A stretch of DNA of 64,000 bases, from positions 8,564-72,563 of the IMG/VR virus record IMGVR_UViG_3300023443_000190. One strand, written 5' to 3'. The notes under the pieces were generated by a model, which worked only from the letters and a program-made list of their open reading frames with translations, was not told where the DNA came from and did no database searches. This DNA comes from a virus. Positions within the stretch are counted from its first letter, which is position 1; every line of letters begins with the position of its first letter. Of this stretch, positions 1 through 8,720 are shown in pieces. The position numbers were made by a program, and so were the translations under genes.

Positions 1-430
1 TTGCAGGTTGATCTTGTCGATTCGCATCAGTCTTTTGTTCTATGACTTTGCTTTGAACCTTTCCATTCTCATCAACCCACCACTTAACCTTGAGGTTGAG
101 GGGTTCGACATTTACTTCAGGGACGGCGACAACTGGTGGTTGATCGATTGGCTTCGGTTGTTCCTTTATTTGATTCCAAATCAACATTCCGGCAACAACA
201 GCAACCGGAAGCCCAGATGCGAGAGCGATGCCCATTGCTGCCTTGCCGCCAATCCCCGACCTGTTAGCATTGATCTGCATGTCGTCCTCTGGGATATCGA
301 GCGATTTGTGTGCGGCCTTTTTGTAGAGTTTGTCTTGCCAGTCAGACCGTTTGCCCCACCGTTTCCAAAATGCGTATGTGCCCGAATTTGGTACAATCTC
401 ATCTGGCAAGTTCGTTTCTGGTTCGCTCAT
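1..430 (-). CDS. Membrane-anchored hypothetical protein, runs off window edge (not in ORF track)
   Basis: Manual translation MSEPETNLPDEIV...GIALASGLPVAVVAGMLIW...; open to position 1; one hydrophobic segment; + ORF 8..454 is its antisense shadow. Confidence 0.7.
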   Translation of the reverse strand, partial: MSEPETNLPDEIVPNSGTYAFWKRWGKRSDWQDKLYKKAAHKSLDIPEDDMQINANRSGIGGKAAMGIALASGLPVAVVAGMLIWNQIKEQPKPIDQPPVVAVPEVNVEPLNLKVKWWVDENGKVQSKVIEQKTDANRQDQPA

Positions 431-575
431 TTTCGTCTGCTTCTCTTTTTATAGTTTCCTTGACGAATGCGTTCCCGATCTCAAGAAATTCGAGAGCTTG
501 GAGCATGGAGATCCTTCCGTAGTTAATAGGCTCCCCACGCTCAATTGTTGCTCTCAATTCTTCCAGATGCGTCAT
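399..575 (-). CDS. Hypothetical protein, 58 aa (not in ORF track)
   Basis: MTHLEELRATIERGEP...RNELAR; TAATG overlap with the upstream stop. Confidence 0.65.
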   Translation of the reverse strand: MTHLEELRATIERGEPINYGRISMLQALEFLEIGNAFVKETIKREADENERTRNELAR

Positions 576-817
576 TATTCGATCTTGCGACGATAGGCCA
601 TTTCATCGAACATTTTATCTCTGCGGTCGGAATTCGATGTGAACGCCTTACCGAGAACATCGACTGTCAACGTCTGTGATCGTGCAACGATTGCGTTGAA
701 ATTTACGTCAGTCGGCGTGTCATTTGAAAAAGACTGTTGTGCTTGTCGCGTTTCATCAGCACTTTCTCTTGCCCCAAATCCTTTAGTTGAATGAGGGGTT
801 TCATCTTGTATTCCCAT
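575..817 (-). CDS. Hypothetical protein, 80 aa
   Basis: AGGAG RBS 6 nt before ATG; operon coupling. Confidence 0.7.
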   Translation of the reverse strand: MGIQDETPHSTKGFGARESADETRQAQQSFSNDTPTDVNFNAIVARSQTLTVDVLGKAFTSNSDRRDKMFDEMAYRRKIE

Positions 818-820
818 GGG

Positions 821-1237
821 TCACTCCTGTTTTCTGATGTTAGCCGGATCGACTCGGATGTTGAGTTCGCCCGACGGCCTGATTTTCCGAAGAGCTTTAC
901 GAATCTCCTCGGACAGTTTTCTTTGAACCAGCAATTCCATACGTTGCTGAAATGCTGTTAAGTCTGGGGTTATTCCGATTGATCCCGGTTTTCCTGGTTC
1001 GCCGCGAAACGACTCATCAGCTTTCATCCGTGCGATAATCATCGTGGCGAGTTTGTCGTAATTGATTTCGAGTGGTGATCTTGAGGTGACTTCTGGCTGC
1101 GGTATCGGTGGACACACTCTGACGACAGGTCGCGGAATCAGTTGGCCGAGATTTTGCGGATACATGAATCGAGCGGGAATCTCATTCCGAATAGATCGGG
1201 GTGTGACATAACTTGCCACGGATCGGGGAATCCCCAT
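821..1237 (-). CDS. Pro-rich protein with short collagen-like motif; in frame with the upstream protease
   Basis: CPPIPQP, INYDKLA, RGEPGKPG; separated from the protease ORF by one TGA plus 2 codons; no clear RBS. Confidence 0.65.
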   Translation of the reverse strand: MGIPRSVASYVTPRSIRNEIPARFMYPQNLGQLIPRPVVRVCPPIPQPEVTSRSPLEINYDKLATMIIARMKADESFRGEPGKPGSIGITPDLTAFQQRMELLVQRKLSEEIRKALRKIRPSGELNIRVDPANIRKQE

Positions 1238-1243
1238 TGGTCG

Positions 1244-1984
1244 TCAACTACTACCCATTGCCTGAAGCGTCTTCGGAATAATCCTGTCTAAGAACGCTCG
1301 AATCTGATCAAGTTTAACGACAGTCGCTCCTCGGTAAATCGGCCAATTTGACGGGCCTCTCGCTTCGATCCCTCTGTCAGTCCCACCCGATTGAATCCCT
1401 ACGATTTTATGCTCGTCATTCAGGATCGGCGCACCACTATCGCCCGATATCACAAATCCTGTGTAGACGTTATAACTTTGATATTTATCGGTTGCCTGCT
1501 CCTTGGTCATATAAAAGTTTCGCATCCCGTTGTGTACTGGCCCGCCAATACTGACCAGTTCTCCCTTGCTTCCAGTGCTTAGTGCGAAATCGCTTAACTC
1601 CAGCGGTGTCAGGGAATCATTCCGGTACTGAATGAAGGCGATGTCATAATCGAACTTGTCCCGCGTCATGGCATTGCATTGATTCGACACGTTGCCAGAC
1701 TGATCGACGATTCGGACAATTTGTCCGCCGTAGGTGAGGATGTGATTGACGGTGAGAACACCCAACTTATCGTTATGTTTGATGTATACGCCGTTGACCG
1801 CGAACCAGTCTTTTTGTAAATGTGTTTTCTTCGCCTGGACAGTGACGATGGAAGCGTGGTGAGGCTGGCCTCTTTTACTCCATTCCCAATACTGAGGGTC
1901 ACTCGAAACCTGACCCAAAGAACACCGCGTCAACATCGCGAATACGACAATCAGCAACGCGGTTTTTCTCAGATAGCGTTTCAT
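1244..1984 (-). CDS. Secreted trypsin-like (S1) serine protease
   Basis: Basic-hydrophobic signal peptide; triad motifs LTVNH, DIA, GDSGAP; IVGIQSGG. Confidence 0.88.
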   Translation of the reverse strand: MKRYLRKTALLIVVFAMLTRCSLGQVSSDPQYWEWSKRGQPHHASIVTVQAKKTHLQKDWFAVNGVYIKHNDKLGVLTVNHILTYGGQIVRIVDQSGNVSNQCNAMTRDKFDYDIAFIQYRNDSLTPLELSDFALSTGSKGELVSIGGPVHNGMRNFYMTKEQATDKYQSYNVYTGFVISGDSGAPILNDEHKIVGIQSGGTDRGIEARGPSNWPIYRGATVVKLDQIRAFLDRIIPKTLQAMGSS

Positions 1985-2018
1985 TATTCCCCCGATTAGC
2001 CAGAGTCAAAGTGCGTAG

Positions 2019-2046
2019 ATTACACGATGGCTGGGATTCTTGTCAA
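2019..2046 (-). promoter_or_regulatory. Sigma70-like promoter for the protease cassette
   Basis: TTGACA (2046-2041), 16 nt, TGTAAT (2024-2019) in the intergenic gap. Confidence 0.6.
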
Positions 2047-2056
2047 TAGATGTCTC

Positions 2057-2320
2057 TTAATGATTGTTGGCCAGCTTATTCAGGACTTTCAATATGGCGG
2101 CCTGATTTTCTGTCGATTTCTTTGAGTTTGCGACTTGACCTTTCGCCAGTTCTTGATAATGAGCCTCGTTCAAAGTGATTCGATGCTCGATTTCTCTCGT
2201 GTAAGCGAAGCCGACCATGACCATTGTGAGGGTCATGGTCGCCAGCCCGCCAAGCAACCACTGAAGACTTCCGCTACTCAATTTCACCTCATTCACTTCA
2301 GGGAATTTTTCCTTTGCCAT
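2057..2320 (-). CDS. Small membrane protein with coiled-coil tail (holin-like candidate)
   Basis: One TM (LQWLLGGLATMTLTMVMVGFAY); start at MAKEKF right after the upstream stop. Confidence 0.6.
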   Translation of the reverse strand: MAKEKFPEVNEVKLSSGSLQWLLGGLATMTLTMVMVGFAYTREIEHRITLNEAHYQELAKGQVANSKKSTENQAAILKVLNKLANNH

Positions 2321-2321
2321 T

Positions 2322-2816
2322 TTATTCTTCCTGTGCATGTCCTGCGAAAGTGAGAAGATAACAGTCGATGTTTGTATTACTTGGAGACTGGTCTTTCATG
2401 TCTGACTCATCGAACCTGACCCAGCCTACTCTCGGGTCGCCTGAAACGTCGTAATCTCTGACGGCGATTGTAACGCGGTTGAACAGTATGTCTAGTTCAG
2501 TCAGGATTTCAAACATACGATAGTTATTTGTACTCCTTTTCACCCAAACCTTTAAGCGAACAATGATGTCCAATTCCCGCTTATTTAGTTTTCTCACAAC
2601 CGCATCGTCAAACGGATCAATATCAATTTGAACGGCTTCCGTGACTGAATCAATATCAAATATCTCGTTGTCATATTCTGTCTTACCAGTCAGACTGAAG
2701 TTATCGTCGAAATAGGTCATCACTGACTCTTGGATAGTCAGCTCATTAAACGATCCTACGGTGACGGCAACGACGCCCAGCTTGTTGTAGAACAGCACGA
2801 TTTGAGGAATAGCCAT
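2322..2816 (-). CDS. Paralog of the tail terminator-like protein at 48477..48923
   Basis: RLKVWVKRSTNNYR...VRDYDVSGDPRVGWVRFDE aligns with RLDLYVKNSTSQYR...IKDFATVGDPETGRLRIYE. Confidence 0.65.
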   Translation of the reverse strand: MAIPQIVLFYNKLGVVAVTVGSFNELTIQESVMTYFDDNFSLTGKTEYDNEIFDIDSVTEAVQIDIDPFDDAVVRKLNKRELDIIVRLKVWVKRSTNNYRMFEILTELDILFNRVTIAVRDYDVSGDPRVGWVRFDESDMKDQSPSNTNIDCYLLTFAGHAQEE

Positions 2817-2818
2817 GA

Positions 2819-3799
2819 CTAAACCTCAACAAATACGAGCCAGCCGTCTATGTCGCCAGTACATTCAAGATTAAGCAACTCGTTATCCGCAGTCTCGAAT
2901 AATCCTACCGGACAAAATCCTGGGGCAAATCCGCTGTTTGCAACCAGTTTCATTATGCCTGTCAGTGCCGTTCCCCCTGCATTGCTTTCAAACCTGCAAT
3001 CTGTTGTGCCGCCAGCAATCAGCACAAGGTTAAGCACCCGTATTTTTACACCAACGCCAGCAGCCGCCACGATTGTATTGTCGCCAGAAGCCGCGTTGAT
3101 GACTGCATATTTGACTTCGCTCGTTGCGTCTGGAAGTTGTGTTGTTTTCAGAGCGCCGAACTTATCGGATCGAAGAGATTGAATGTCGCCATCAGAATCC
3201 GTAATTGCAGTTGATCCCACCTCATCGTCGCGAACCGACATCCCCAGCGAACCAGATGGATCGGCATCCGCAGCCACATCCTCGACCACTATCATGTTGT
3301 CGATCAGTTGCAAGGCCGTCAGTGCATCCCCATCTTCCTGAACGACAAATATACCTGCATTGGTGACGTCATGTTCTCCAACCGTCACCGTCCCATTGAC
3401 GAGAACATGCAAAGCACCATTTGCATCGACGCGAAGAGGAACCGCATCGCCTTCCACTGCCGTTAAAGCAGAAAGAGTATCGTCTCGGATCGCCCCGCCC
3501 ACCATCACAGAAGAAGTTGCCAGCGTGAAAGGTGCGTCATCGACAAATACAGGGTCGTCGATGATCTCAACAGCGGTTTTTATGCTTCCAACGTCTGCAA
3601 CCATTGTATTGGTGACATCGATAACTTCTACCGGCAGAGGCGTTGTGCTATCGACCAGTCCGTCATTCGCACCAGCAAGGCCGAACATGATCTTTGTAAC
3701 GCCGACATCACCGCTCAATGCAGCGATGTTGTCCATGACAAGATCGAATCCTGCATCGGTGGTATCGTCGTTTTTCAAATCTCTGGCATTAAAGCCCAT
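2819..3799 (-). CDS. Virion structural protein (acidic, beta-rich, internal repeat)
   Basis: Ala/Gly/Thr/Asp-rich; repeated RDD...GD..PLR.D..GAL motif; in the fibre module. Confidence 0.6.
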   Translation of the reverse strand: MGFNARDLKNDDTTDAGFDLVMDNIAALSGDVGVTKIMFGLAGANDGLVDSTTPLPVEVIDVTNTMVADVGSIKTAVEIIDDPVFVDDAPFTLATSSVMVGGAIRDDTLSALTAVEGDAVPLRVDANGALHVLVNGTVTVGEHDVTNAGIFVVQEDGDALTALQLIDNMIVVEDVAADADPSGSLGMSVRDDEVGSTAITDSDGDIQSLRSDKFGALKTTQLPDATSEVKYAVINAASGDNTIVAAAGVGVKIRVLNLVLIAGGTTDCRFESNAGGTALTGIMKLVANSGFAPGFCPVGLFETADNELLNLECTGDIDGWLVFVEV

Positions 3800-4167
3800 T
3801 ACTCTCCTTCATTCGGCTTTTCGTTTTTCGCCTCAAGCACAACATCCATAAATGGGATCAATTGTCGGAGTACGCCTTGGTGAATTCCACCGCCTTTGGG
3901 TTCCTGTATCGCAGTCTTGAGCATATTCCAATGCTCTTCTTCGACTTCTACCCACATTTCAGGCGTGGCGGCGTTGAATTGTTTCTCGATGATAGCACAG
4001 GCTTTATACGTCTTGTATCCGGCTGGACCTATCGCCGGATCGGGCAAGACAATGTTCTCTAAATAGCGACCGAATGACCAAGGCGGCATCTCTTTGTCAT
4101 TGGAATCTCTCCAAGCCACACCGTTCAGCATAACCTGAATGTCTTCTGGGACTTGAAGGTATTTCAT
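3799..4167 (-). CDS. Hypothetical protein, 122 aa
   Basis: Overlap-coupled ORF in operon. Confidence 0.7.
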   Translation of the reverse strand: MKYLQVPEDIQVMLNGVAWRDSNDKEMPPWSFGRYLENIVLPDPAIGPAGYKTYKACAIIEKQFNAATPEMWVEVEEEHWNMLKTAIQEPKGGGIHQGVLRQLIPFMDVVLEAKNEKPNEGE

Positions 4168-4179
4168 TGTTCATCGATC

Positions 4180-4485
4180 TTATGGAGGTGGAGGTGGCGG
4201 AGGACTGTGTTGACCTTCACAAGCTGCTAAGGCTACTTGTGTTGCGAGGAGCACCGCCTCTGCTGCCTCAACGTCGGCCTCGGCTATTGCCAATTCGATT
4301 TCTGCGTCTGCTACGGCTCCTTCTTCCGTCGGACAATTACCTACGCCATTGATAACTTCGCAGGCAGTCAAGGCCGCTTGCGTTGCTGTAAGCACAGCTT
4401 GTTTTGCATCACGCTGTGCTTCGTCTACCGCTAACTCCGTCTCTGCATCTGCTACGGCTTCCTCTTCTTCATCGCAATGTGCCAT
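4180..4485 (-). CDS. Acidic helical protein with internal duplication and poly-Pro C-terminus
   Basis: Two copies of C..EE.AVADAE.ELA..EA......AVL.ATQ.AL.ACE; ends SPPPPPPP. Confidence 0.7.
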   Translation of the reverse strand: MAHCDEEEEAVADAETELAVDEAQRDAKQAVLTATQAALTACEVINGVGNCPTEEGAVADAEIELAIAEADVEAAEAVLLATQVALAACEGQHSPPPPPPP

Positions 4486-4889
4486 TATTCAGAACCCTTT
4501 TTTTTCTGTTTTATTAGGATTTTCAGGTAATTGTCTTTAAGAATCCAAGACAACTTTCCTTTTTCATCTTCGTAAGCAACATGATCTTTGCTTGGCCGTT
4601 TTCCAACTTTGTTCAAAGTTATGTAGTATAATGACACCAACTTTTTATGAAGCAAAGTTCTTTGCGGAACATCTTGTTTTTCTTTGATTGTCATTATCTT
4701 TCTTTCTGATTCCAAATTACGAGAAGGTCCGACAATAGCCATCGCTGTTAACATCAACGCCCCGAGTATGCCGACGGCTGGACCGACCTTGCCAAACTTT
4801 ACTCTCTGATTCCTGCCTATCTTATCCAGGAAAACATAAAACATCAGGCACAATAAAGCACCTGAAACAGTGACGATCCACTCAAACAT
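4485..4889 (-). CDS. Membrane protein, 2 N-terminal TM segments
   Basis: Two hydrophobic stretches and a basic C-terminus. Confidence 0.65.
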   Translation of the reverse strand: MFEWIVTVSGALLCLMFYVFLDKIGRNQRVKFGKVGPAVGILGALMLTAMAIVGPSRNLESERKIMTIKEKQDVPQRTLLHKKLVSLYYITLNKVGKRPSKDHVAYEDEKGKLSWILKDNYLKILIKQKKKGSE

Positions 4890-5145
4890 ATCTTTTTATC
4901 ATTTGCAAAACACCCGACAGAATTATAACGATGGCCAGAACCGATCCAAATCCGATGGAAGTAGTCAGGATCAATTTCAGGTTTCGGTCGATCTGTTTGT
5001 CTTTTGTCTTGAGTTCCTCAATCGCAGCGTCGATCTGCTCGACTTTCCAATTCATTCTGATTTCATGGTCTCTGGCCCAAGTCTTAAAGTCATCCATATT
5101 CTGCATGGATTCAGCACTCAGATGTGTAATCTTTTCGTTTTCCAC
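4882..5145 (-). CDS. Coiled-coil plus C-terminal TM protein (holin-like candidate)
   Basis: Heptad region followed by LILTTSIGFGSVLAIVIILSGVL. Confidence 0.6.
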   Translation of the reverse strand: MENEKITHLSAESMQNMDDFKTWARDHEIRMNWKVEQIDAAIEELKTKDKQIDRNLKLILTTSIGFGSVLAIVIILSGVLQMIKRYV

Positions 5146-5177
5146 AACACCAGTTTCCTTATTTTTTTTTTGGTATC

Positions 5178-5843
5178 CTACGCTGCTATAACACTATTCG
5201 GGATCGGTGGTTCTTCGGACTTGGTGGTCCCGTTCACCGTCAGATCGAGCCCACCGATTATGTCTAACTCTGGTGACTGGCCATTGATCGGACCATAAAA
5301 TAGTAGATTGTCATCCTTACGGAGTCTTCGGGGCGAAGTACCATTAGCCAGTGACGCTATTTCACCAGCGGTTAAATCTACATCCCAAAGTGCTGCGTGG
5401 CCAAGGTCTCCGTCGTATGGTTCTTCTATGCTTGCTCCACCCGCCGCACCAATCCTAACGGGCACTGTGTTTGAGGGCATGTTTCCAGTTTTCACTGCCG
5501 AGTTCTCTTGCAGACCATCGACGTAGACTCGGATATTTGACCCGTCATAAGTTCCTGCGATATAATGCCACTCGCCGTCGTCGATATCCGTTGTGCCTTG
5601 GGTGAGTGTGGTGCCACCCGTATTGACGGCGAACAGCACTCGGTTACTCAAACCTTCAATCGACAGGAGATAACTGAACTTCCCACCTGCATCATCCCAC
5701 TTAGCGAATACCTTGTATTCGGTGTTTGGTGTACCTAACTTCACCCACATCGACAGAGTGACTTTGTTCCCTGTGAGATTCAGGGCAGCAACATCCCCGA
5801 CCTCTATGTGGTCATCGCTTGCAGCATCAAAATTCCTGGCCAT
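5178..5843 (-). CDS. LamG/concanavalin A-like lectin domain virion protein
   Basis: VTLSMWVK, DDGEWHYIAGTYDGSNIRVYVDG, GDLGHAALWDVDLTAGEI. Confidence 0.85.
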   Translation of the reverse strand: MARNFDAASDDHIEVGDVAALNLTGNKVTLSMWVKLGTPNTEYKVFAKWDDAGGKFSYLLSIEGLSNRVLFAVNTGGTTLTQGTTDIDDGEWHYIAGTYDGSNIRVYVDGLQENSAVKTGNMPSNTVPVRIGAAGGASIEEPYDGDLGHAALWDVDLTAGEIASLANGTSPRRLRKDDNLLFYGPINGQSPELDIIGGLDLTVNGTTKSEEPPIPNSVIAA

Positions 5844-5844
5844 C

Positions 5845-8412
5845 TTATTGTCTCACAATCACGCTAAGGACTTGAGCATCGCCTATCATGGTGTCTCCAC
5901 CGTCCGCCGTTACTCTTTCCAGTCTCAAGCGATGGCTATCACCAGCCACAATTGCATCAGCCTCAGCTTGCGTCAGCGTAATTGTCGTTCTAGTGACTAC
6001 ACCAGACGTTCCATTTGCAGTACCTGTTGCCGTCTTCTGGGCAGCAAACCCATCAGAGTCGATGTCCTGCCCTCCCGGTATAACTCTTTCAAACTCAACA
6101 CCCCAAGTCACACCTCCCGTTATCGCTGTGGCTGCAATCCAATCAATATCAACTAAGATATTTCCTCCTGAGTAATCCCGAGACATGACATTATGGAAAA
6201 CAACATTCTCTTCCAATATATCATCGAAGGCAAGGATTGGGTGGGCATTTCGAGAGTTAGCTACCGCTGGAGCTGCCGCCGGGAAAGTCGCGTCATTCGC
6301 ATCAAACTCATCAAGATGGCTTGTAGTTTGATCTGTTTGGAATCCAAGATACACGTTGCCAGAACTAACGGTGTTAATGCCTTCGATTGTTTCTTTAACA
6401 GCAATGTTAATCGCTAGTGTTCTCAAACCATTATATAAAACTTCAGGAACAGCAGGATTTTCATTTTGTAATGAAATGGAGCCAAGTAGGTTACTTGCCA
6501 CCAGTCTTAACACCGATCCAATAGGTCTGGGATTACCATCAGGTAAGATAATTGTATAGTCTCTCTTCCCTTCTGGGATATTTATCTGGGCTACATCTCC
6601 TGCCATCGTAGCAGCAGTCAACGTTTTTGTAGCTGCTTCTTCATAGATTGTCACACCGAAGTTATCATGAGATACCACACGATTAGCACCGGAAGTAGAA
6701 CCACTACTAACTTGAACGTTAGTACCCAAGCCGCCACTATTAACAAGAAATGTCGGAACGAAGGTCGTAAGTATTCCGTTAACATAAAGCTCAGCAGCAC
6801 CCAGTCCTGCCGGTATTACACACTCCCACAAAAACCATTCATCGAAAGCGATTAAAGGATTGCCGCTTGTGCCATCCATTGTCACACTATTTCCAGGATT
6901 ATTGTCAGCCTCTATAATTCGAAGGTTGCCCGCATTATTATCGAACAGCACCCCGTAGCGTCGGTTTCCTGTTGCTAATGGGTTTTCCGCTGCGTTAGCT
7001 TGTAAGCCAGAGAAGAACCCATTGCTGCCCTGAGCCGTGTTCAATCGTTCGGCGCCGCCATAAGATGCGCCGAACGCGTTAATGTCTATCCACTTCTGTG
7101 CAGTAAGAGCTATACTCGATGTCGTTGCTCCGTTCGTAACATTATCGCCATGCCTTACAACCTGCTTTACTTCTCCAAAAACAGTTTCAGTGACCAAAAC
7201 AATAATAGCAGAACCTGTAGCTGTATCCGTCCAACCTTGTGCGGCAGGCAATCCCAACTCACCGAAAAACCGAACATTGGTCGAAGCAAAAGTCTCTTGT
7301 ACTAGAACCTGCCCAATGTCTTCAGTTAAGAGAGTCTTAAATACTGCCCCAGTAAAGACTTTCTTTTTATTGATGGTCGTATCATAGCTTTCTAGGCCGA
7401 TTGCAGGAGAGGCAATAGCATCTATCTGAATCGTAGTCATTCGTGGAGGCAAGAATCCTTTAGTGGTACTAAATACATCAAGTTTGGCACTGGCATCAGG
7501 AATTGCTCCAATCCCCACACTATTGCCACCGTCTATTAAAACCACATCTGTACCCAAATCAGTCCATCCAACATCTCCCCAAGTAGCTAATCCGCCTGCA
7601 TCAGATCGGAGATATTTACTATTCCCAGGATTTCCTCCTGTTATCTTTATCTGGCCCGTAATCGTAACATCCTTCGCAAAAGTAGCTAATTCACTTCCTA
7701 TTCCTCCCGACAAAGTTAGATTGGTTGTTTCCTGATCGCTGGTGAGTCTTAAGTTAGCACCTATTTTTGATGATCCTATAGCAAAATCATTAACTGAATC
7801 ACTCCATGCCAGAAACGCTCCAAAAGGGTCTGAAGGTGAGCCAAAAATAATCCTTCCAGAGTTTGTAGCAGGAGTTAGTATCGAAATACCATTGTTTTTC
7901 GAATCCTCTACAACAAGACCGTTTGCCACAGAACTTGCACTTACTGCTCCTGAACTAGCCACATGTATATGGAATTTACCATCTGGAATAGGAGTACCAA
8001 CACCCACACTGTCAGAACCTGTAGCTAACCTAACAACAGTGCCGTCGTCTACCCATCCTCCGCCAACATCAATCGGGGGATCAAATACCCATGAGTCAGA
8101 GCCAAGATCCCATAGAATTGTTTTGTCTGTCGTTCCCTTCAGTCTGATTCCTCCACCATCGGCTAGAGCATCGGTAGGAGAAGGAGTTGCAGCAAGCTCA
8201 ATGTTTTTATCATCTATAGTTAGCGTCGTAGAATTAACTGTCGTAATCGGCCCATCGACCGTCAAGCTACCACCGACATTCAAGTCACCCCCGCAATGTA
8301 TATCTTTCCATTCATTGTTAATTCTACCAATATCAAATGTATTGGGAATTGATGGAATTATATCTCCAGTAATTGCGTCAAGCCTTACTCTACCAGCGGT
8401 TGCAGAAGGCAT
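5845..8412 (-). CDS. Tail fibre / receptor-binding protein, ~855 aa
   Basis: Gly/Thr/Ala-rich; fibre repeats (VGVGTPIPDGKFHI, VGIGAIPDASAKLDVFSTTKGFLPPRMT); start MPSATAG with GGGAG RBS. Confidence 0.8.
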   Translation of the reverse strand: MPSATAGRVRLDAITGDIIPSIPNTFDIGRINNEWKDIHCGGDLNVGGSLTVDGPITTVNSTTLTIDDKNIELAATPSPTDALADGGGIRLKGTTDKTILWDLGSDSWVFDPPIDVGGGWVDDGTVVRLATGSDSVGVGTPIPDGKFHIHVASSGAVSASSVANGLVVEDSKNNGISILTPATNSGRIIFGSPSDPFGAFLAWSDSVNDFAIGSSKIGANLRLTSDQETTNLTLSGGIGSELATFAKDVTITGQIKITGGNPGNSKYLRSDAGGLATWGDVGWTDLGTDVVLIDGGNSVGIGAIPDASAKLDVFSTTKGFLPPRMTTIQIDAIASPAIGLESYDTTINKKKVFTGAVFKTLLTEDIGQVLVQETFASTNVRFFGELGLPAAQGWTDTATGSAIIVLVTETVFGEVKQVVRHGDNVTNGATTSSIALTAQKWIDINAFGASYGGAERLNTAQGSNGFFSGLQANAAENPLATGNRRYGVLFDNNAGNLRIIEADNNPGNSVTMDGTSGNPLIAFDEWFLWECVIPAGLGAAELYVNGILTTFVPTFLVNSGGLGTNVQVSSGSTSGANRVVSHDNFGVTIYEEAATKTLTAATMAGDVAQINIPEGKRDYTIILPDGNPRPIGSVLRLVASNLLGSISLQNENPAVPEVLYNGLRTLAINIAVKETIEGINTVSSGNVYLGFQTDQTTSHLDEFDANDATFPAAAPAVANSRNAHPILAFDDILEENVVFHNVMSRDYSGGNILVDIDWIAATAITGGVTWGVEFERVIPGGQDIDSDGFAAQKTATGTANGTSGVVTRTTITLTQAEADAIVAGDSHRLRLERVTADGGDTMIGDAQVLSVIVRQ

Positions 8413-8413
8413 A

Positions 8414-8719
8414 TCAAACTCCCGTCCAAAAGACTTTTTGACCTGCTTCACTGGCAATTACAAATACATTGCTTGGATCTTGGACTTCAACGACAACGGA
8501 ACCTCCAGCGGCCAATTCAAAACCATCGGTCGCATCCGCCGAGTCAGCAGTAACGCTGGATGATGTTCCAACATAGATTGTACCGGAATTTCCATTAGCA
8601 GCTTTTATCAAGACTCCACGCCTGAAACGGCCGCGTGTTGTTGTAAGCTGAACAGCAGTCGTTCCGATTCCGCTTTTTCGTCCGTGTAAGAATCCACCTT
8701 TTGTCGCGATCCTTGCCAT
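8414..8719 (-). CDS. Small virion structural protein
   Basis: GVLIKAANGNSGTIYVG...GFELAAG motif; GGAG RBS; in the fibre module. Confidence 0.7.
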   Translation of the reverse strand: MARIATKGGFLHGRKSGIGTTAVQLTTTRGRFRRGVLIKAANGNSGTIYVGTSSSVTADSADATDGFELAAGGSVVVEVQDPSNVFVIASEAGQKVFWTGV

Positions 8720-8720
8720 G

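Noticed and set aside
5162-5171. T10 homopolymer as a phase-variation switch
   Set aside because: Intergenic, not within a promoter spacer or coding frame.
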